From NCBI GenBank assembly GCA_965208105.1, contig OZ242318.1, positions 4,782,117 through 4,846,116 on the forward strand: DNA of 64,000 nucleotides, written 5' to 3'. Below the pieces are notes generated by a model that saw nothing but the letters and a program-made list of their open reading frames with translations, was not told where the DNA came from and did not search any database. The position numbers and the translations under genes are program-made. Positions 60,315-64,000 of this stretch are shown piece after piece. The DNA comes from Candidatus Latescibacterota bacterium. GTDB lineage: Bacteria > Latescibacterota > UBA2968 > UBA8231. Each line of letters starts with the position of its first letter. The stretch's first letter is position 1.

Positions 60315-60323
60315 ATCTCCTCC

Positions 60324-60351
60324 TTGACATCTCCGGGAAAGAATCTATATT
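60324..60351 (+). promoter_or_regulatory. Putative promoter of tRNA-Phe
   Basis: TTGACA, 16 bp, TATATT, 18 nt upstream of the tRNA. Confidence 0.6.
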
Positions 60352-60369
60352 CTCTGCCCGTTTGATGGT

Positions 60370-60445
60370 GGCTCTTTAGCTCAGTAGGTAGAGCAGGGGA
60401 CTGAAAATCCCTGTGTCCGCGGTTCGATTCCGCGAGGAGCCACCA
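60370..60445 (+). tRNA. tRNA-Phe (GAA)
   Basis: 76 nt; acceptor GGCTCTT/AGGAGCC, D arm, anticodon loop CTGAAAA, GGTTCGATTCC, encoded CCA. Confidence 0.97.
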
Positions 60446-60472
60446 TTTTATTTTAAGTATCCAATATAACAT

Positions 60473-60522
60473 AAAGAAGCGCAAACGCTTACGGGAAATC
60501 AAGTGTCTGCGCTCTTTTTTTT
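60473..60522 (+). terminator. Rho-independent terminator-like hairpin after tRNA-Phe
   Basis: AGCGCA/TGCGCT and ACGCTT/AAGTGT stems followed by T8. Confidence 0.65.
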
Positions 60523-60917
60523 GCCATTTGGCCCATTTGCCGCATTGGTCTCAGACCCCGGGCGTGGATGGAACAGGGTAGGAAATATGACCGGCCCGGA
60601 GGCCTGCCCGCACCGGTTGCAAAGGAGCCGATGGAAAGGAACCTTCTCTGGGTTGAAATCCGGAGCCCCTCCCGGATACCTGGAGCTACCTCGTGCCTGA
60701 GCAGACCGCATTTGTCGTTACCCCGGATGGGCAAAGGGGATTTGCGGATTGGGTCCCCCTGACCGGATGGCGGACCCGGACCCAACGAACACGGGTCTTC
60801 CCCCTGGTCCTAGTTCACTACTTGAGGTGTTGTTCAATATACAACTGCAGCGCAGCCAGTTGGATTGGAATGCCAAAGACGCAATGATGCGAGGTGACGC
60901 ATCTGCTAATTATTTCA

Positions 60918-60945
60918 TTGACTTATCCTCACTTTCCGTTATATT
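60918..60945 (+). promoter_or_regulatory. Putative sigma70 promoter upstream of structured RNA/ompA leader
   Basis: TTGACT, 16 bp, TATATT. Confidence 0.55.
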
Positions 60946-60951
60946 TCAAAG

Positions 60952-61095
60952 AAGCCGGAAGGAACCTCCGCCGCGCCGTGGTCCGGGTTTATTACTCAAA
61001 TTCTCCTTTACCGATTCCATTCGCATGGACGGTAATCGGGAGTTCGGGATCAAGAAAATTTCGGGCTCCACGGCCCCCAAGAGGTTCATCGGCGA
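60952..61095 (+). ncRNA. Candidate rod-shaped structured RNA (6S-like architecture) or structured 5' leader
   Basis: Nested stems GCCGG/TCGGC, GAACCTC/GAGGTTC, GCCGTGG/CCACGGC, CTCC/GGAG, TTACCG/CGGTAA, TCCAT/ATGGA with AU-rich central bubble; begins at the predicted TSS. Confidence 0.45.
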
Positions 61096-61230
61096 TTTCT
61101 CCTTGTTTAGCTGTTGAACGAGCCTGCTCAACCCCCTGGTCAGCCTCGTTTCACTTCCAAAACAGTTGAACTAAATTCCCTTAGAAAAACCCCACGTCCC
61201 GAGTTGCATTGATAGGAGGTAATTGCGCCT

Positions 61231-62457
61231 ATGTCAAGCAGTTACGGATTTGGTTTAAAAATTCATCGCAAGTTAGCCGAGGCGCTGGATCCACTGAAGG
61301 CTACTACCACCTTGAAGGGTGGACGGGGGTTAAGGCTGTATTGCCTCCTGTTTGTTTCGGCGCTGGTGCTGTTCGCCGCACATTTGGCATGGGCACCGGA
61401 AGCCCTTGCCCAGTTCCAGCCCGGAAAGCGGGCCGGCCTCACGGTCGGAGGCAGTGTGGGAGGACTGTTGCCCATCACCGAGTCGGAGGATGAGGCCAAT
61501 GCGCGTGGTTCCGTGTTCGTGCGCCATGGCATAGTTCCCAGGTTGCAACTGGAGTTGCACGGGGGATACGGGAGGTTCAATTCGTCAGATTCAGGGACGG
61601 ATTTGGGGATGGTAGGGGGCAGCCTCCTGTTCAGCCCGGTGGTCCGCGAGCGGTGGAACCTTTTCCTGCGGGGCGGTGTCGGCCTCCTGCGTTATGATTG
61701 GGAACATCCCCATATCTCGCCGCTGCGCAAGTGCGAGGTGGAGCCCATCGGTTCCATGCCCATGGTCCCGTTGAGCTCCGGGGTTCAGCTGCAAATTTCA
61801 GACAATCTGGCCCTGGAAGTTTCCATGGGATATACCATGGCCCTGGGCGACGCGGTCAATGGGGTCGAGGATGGTGGTGATGACGCTTTCTGGCAAGGAA
61901 TGGTGGGCTTGACTATCGGCAGCTTCGGCGCTGCTCCCACCCCCATGCCATCCCTGGTCTCCATGGGGGCGCCTGTAGACATGGATGCTGATGTTCCCGA
62001 CGAAGCCGATGCGGCGGAGGAAGATACCGAGGTGGTGGAAGAGGAAGAAGCCCCGACCATGGAGGCTGTGGAGCTGCCTGCCGAGGTGGCGGTCGAGGAG
62101 CCCCCGGTGGAAATGCCCGAGATCATGGAGCCGAGCGAGGTTCGATTCGGCTTTGACTCGGCCGGGCTGTCCACTGAAGCCAAGCTGGCCCTCGACAGTA
62201 TAGTCCAGTACCTGATGGAGAACTCGGAGGTGAAGGTGGCGGTGCGTGGCCATACCGACAGTACGGGTCCGGTCGCCTACAATCTCAAGCTGGGCCTGAA
62301 GCGGGCCCAATCCGTCAAGGATTACCTGGTATCTCAAGGGATTGACGGCGAGCGCCTGGCCCTGGAATCGATGGGCGAGAGCCAGCCGATCAGCACCAAT
62401 TTCACCCCGGAAGGGCGCAAGATGAACCGCCGGGTGGAGATTGCCCAGATTCCGTAG
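61231..62457 (+). CDS. OmpA family protein
   Basis: Signal peptide, beta-barrel-like N-terminal half, Glu/Pro-rich linker, RFGFDS, GHTDSTG..YNLKLG..RA, NRRVEI. Confidence 0.9.
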   Translation: MSSSYGFGLKIHRKLAEALDPLKATTTLKGGRGLRLYCLLFVSALVLFAAHLAWAPEALAQFQPGKRAGLTVGGSVGGLLPITESEDEANARGSVFVRHGIVPRLQLELHGGYGRFNSSDSGTDLGMVGGSLLFSPVVRERWNLFLRGGVGLLRYDWEHPHISPLRKCEVEPIGSMPMVPLSSGVQLQISDNLALEVSMGYTMALGDAVNGVEDGGDDAFWQGMVGLTIGSFGAAPTPMPSLVSMGAPVDMDADVPDEADAAEEDTEVVEEEEAPTMEAVELPAEVAVEEPPVEMPEIMEPSEVRFGFDSAGLSTEAKLALDSIVQYLMENSEVKVAVRGHTDSTGPVAYNLKLGLKRAQSVKDYLVSQGIDGERLALESMGESQPISTNFTPEGRKMNRRVEIAQIP

Positions 62458-62767
62458 AATTTGAATAACGCATTGTCGCACAGCAGGTTAAGTGCAATAA
62501 TTCAATCCCCCTCCTGCTTCTTTTGAAGGATCGAGACCAGTCCCGGCTGCCACCTTCAGATTCGTGTAGGGCCGGGAACGGGACATAACCGGTCTCCCAC
62601 CTCCCATACGCCCAAGTGAGTTGCGGCAGGGGCGTCTCTCCTTTCCTGAATTCGTCTTAACTTATTGTTAGACAATCTATTCCGGCACATATTTCAATCG
62701 GATCCGAATCCAGGGAGTGCACCAGGCTCGAATCCGGCCTTTCCACCAATTCCGAAGTCGTTTCATC

Positions 62768-63613
62768 ATGAGTCGAATCAAGGCGGCCGTCATTCAAATG
62801 GGAGCAGGTGGACAAAAGTCCGAGAACCTGCAGAAAGCCCTCGGATTGATAGACCAGGCTGTGGAGCGCTACGCCGGGCTGGACCTGGTTGTGTTGCCCG
62901 AGTACTGCAACGGGGAGCCCACCCCTGCCAATGTTGAAGAAATCGCCGAATCCATCCCCGGTCCATTTTCGCAAGCGATGGGTGCCATGGCCCGGTCCAA
63001 GGGGGTCAACCTGGTGAGCGGGAGTTTTGCGGAAGCGGCCGCGGACGGCCGGGCTTACAACACGACTCTGGTATTCGACAGGAGTGGAAAGGAAATCGGC
63101 CGCTATCGCAAGACCCACCTGATGGAAGCGCTTGCCTTCAGGGAAACGGCATTCATTGCCCCTGGCGACGAGATCTGCCTATGCGAGACCGACTTCGGCT
63201 GCCTGGGGGTGATGGTTTGCTACGACATGCGCTTTCCGGAGCTGGCCAGAACCCTCGCCCTCGGCGGGGCCGAGGTGATCGCCATTCCCTCCGCCTTTCC
63301 CTCCGGGGAGCTGCTTCCTCCCCGGACCGACCACTGGGACATACTGACCACGAGCACGGCCCTCTACAACCTCTGCTACGTGGCCGCCGCCAACCAGTTC
63401 GGCCGGCTCGGCAGGGACCATCCCTTCGGACGCAGCGCCATCATCGACCCCTGGGGAATTGCCGTGGCCAAAGCCCAGGGGCGCGAAGACATCGTCTACG
63501 GCGAGATCGATTTGGACTATGTCAGGGCCCTGCGGCGGCGATTGCCGACCCTCGAGCTGCGCCGGCCCGAGCTCTACGAGCTGGAGAAACAGGGTGATCA
63601 GATCGCGGAGTGA
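62768..63613 (+). CDS. Carbon-nitrogen hydrolase (Nit/deaminated glutathione amidase-like)
   Basis: VLPE, YRKTHL, VCYDMRFPE catalytic triad, SAIIDPWG. Confidence 0.92.
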   Translation: MSRIKAAVIQMGAGGQKSENLQKALGLIDQAVERYAGLDLVVLPEYCNGEPTPANVEEIAESIPGPFSQAMGAMARSKGVNLVSGSFAEAAADGRAYNTTLVFDRSGKEIGRYRKTHLMEALAFRETAFIAPGDEICLCETDFGCLGVMVCYDMRFPELARTLALGGAEVIAIPSAFPSGELLPPRTDHWDILTTSTALYNLCYVAAANQFGRLGRDHPFGRSAIIDPWGIAVAKAQGREDIVYGEIDLDYVRALRRRLPTLELRRPELYELEKQGDQIAE

Positions 63614-63704
63614 TGGTGAAGCCTGGAGTGGCCTCTGCGCCGGTGCCCGAATGAATGCCCGTCGGTGGCCGCTGGCAAACAGATAGCAGGGGCCAGGGGC
63701 TTTT

Positions 63705-64000
63705 TCAGAGTTTGGGACTTACCCGGCCCATTCCCAGGTCCTCGGCGCGCTGGAGCAGGCCTTCTGTCTGCTGCTGCGTCAGCGGTGCGCCGGGAGGACG
63801 CGGACTGCCGCAGTCCATGCCCAGGCGGTGGCTCAGCAGCGCTTTGAGGCAGGCCAGATAGCTGAACTCGGTAAACAGATCGAACATCTTGTCGGCGCGG
63901 GTCTGGGCTGCTTCCGCCCGTTTCAGATCCCCTTCTCCATAGGCCTCCCAAATCTCCACCCAGTGTTCGGGGGCGGCGTTGGGAGGTCCGTCAACGCATC
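63705..64000 (-). CDS. Partial CDS, probably C-terminus of a DapA/N-acetylneuraminate lyase family protein
   Basis: Frame runs off the window; GD...A...Q, LKA.L...GMDCGSPRPP..PL pattern. Confidence 0.65.
   Translation of the reverse strand, partial: CVDGPPNAAPEHWVEIWEAYGEGDLKRAEAAQTRADKMFDLFTEFSYLACLKALLSHRLGMDCGSPRPPGAPLTQQQTEGLLQRAEDLGMGRVSPKL

Noticed and set aside
60489-61169. Short ORFs downstream of tRNA-Phe as integrase or phage remnants
   Set aside because: No recognisable motifs or RBS; better explained as non-coding
62458-62760. Weak hairpins between ompA and the nitrilase gene as a riboswitch
   Set aside because: No recognisable aptamer consensus; stems are short and imperfect

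Overview
High-GC bacterial chromosomal window with about 56 probable protein genes, one tRNA-Phe and no integrase, transposase or CRISPR array. Gene content (FlgD/T9SS-like C-terminal domain, several PhyH dioxygenases, NHL and receptor-L repeat proteins, UBact operon) suggests an uncultured Gram-negative lineage such as Latescibacterota/Handelsmanbacteria/Poribacteria; this is inference, not a database result. Main items: (1) a complete UBact-proteasome operon (arc-dop-ubact-prcB-prcA-pafA) between lepB and an M6 protease; (2) topoisomerase VI (top6BA); (3) a cluster of seven predicted lipoproteins combining MbnP, an MbnH-like diheme peroxidase, a cytochrome P460, two NHL proteins and two receptor-L repeat proteins; (4) three copies of a ~168-bp rod-like palindromic element with a conserved core, two different sets of terminal inverted repeats and (C)TAG ends; (5) three PhyH-like Fe/2OG enzymes that all lack the HxD carboxylate, two with halogenase-like HxG/HxA; (6) a promoter-preceded ~140-nt rod-shaped ncRNA candidate with 6S-like architecture. 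The rest is housekeeping and catabolic genes (tdh/kbl, gatB, murA, lsrF, SDRs, MFS). All product calls come from motifs read by eye; several start codons were moved inward from the ORF track.
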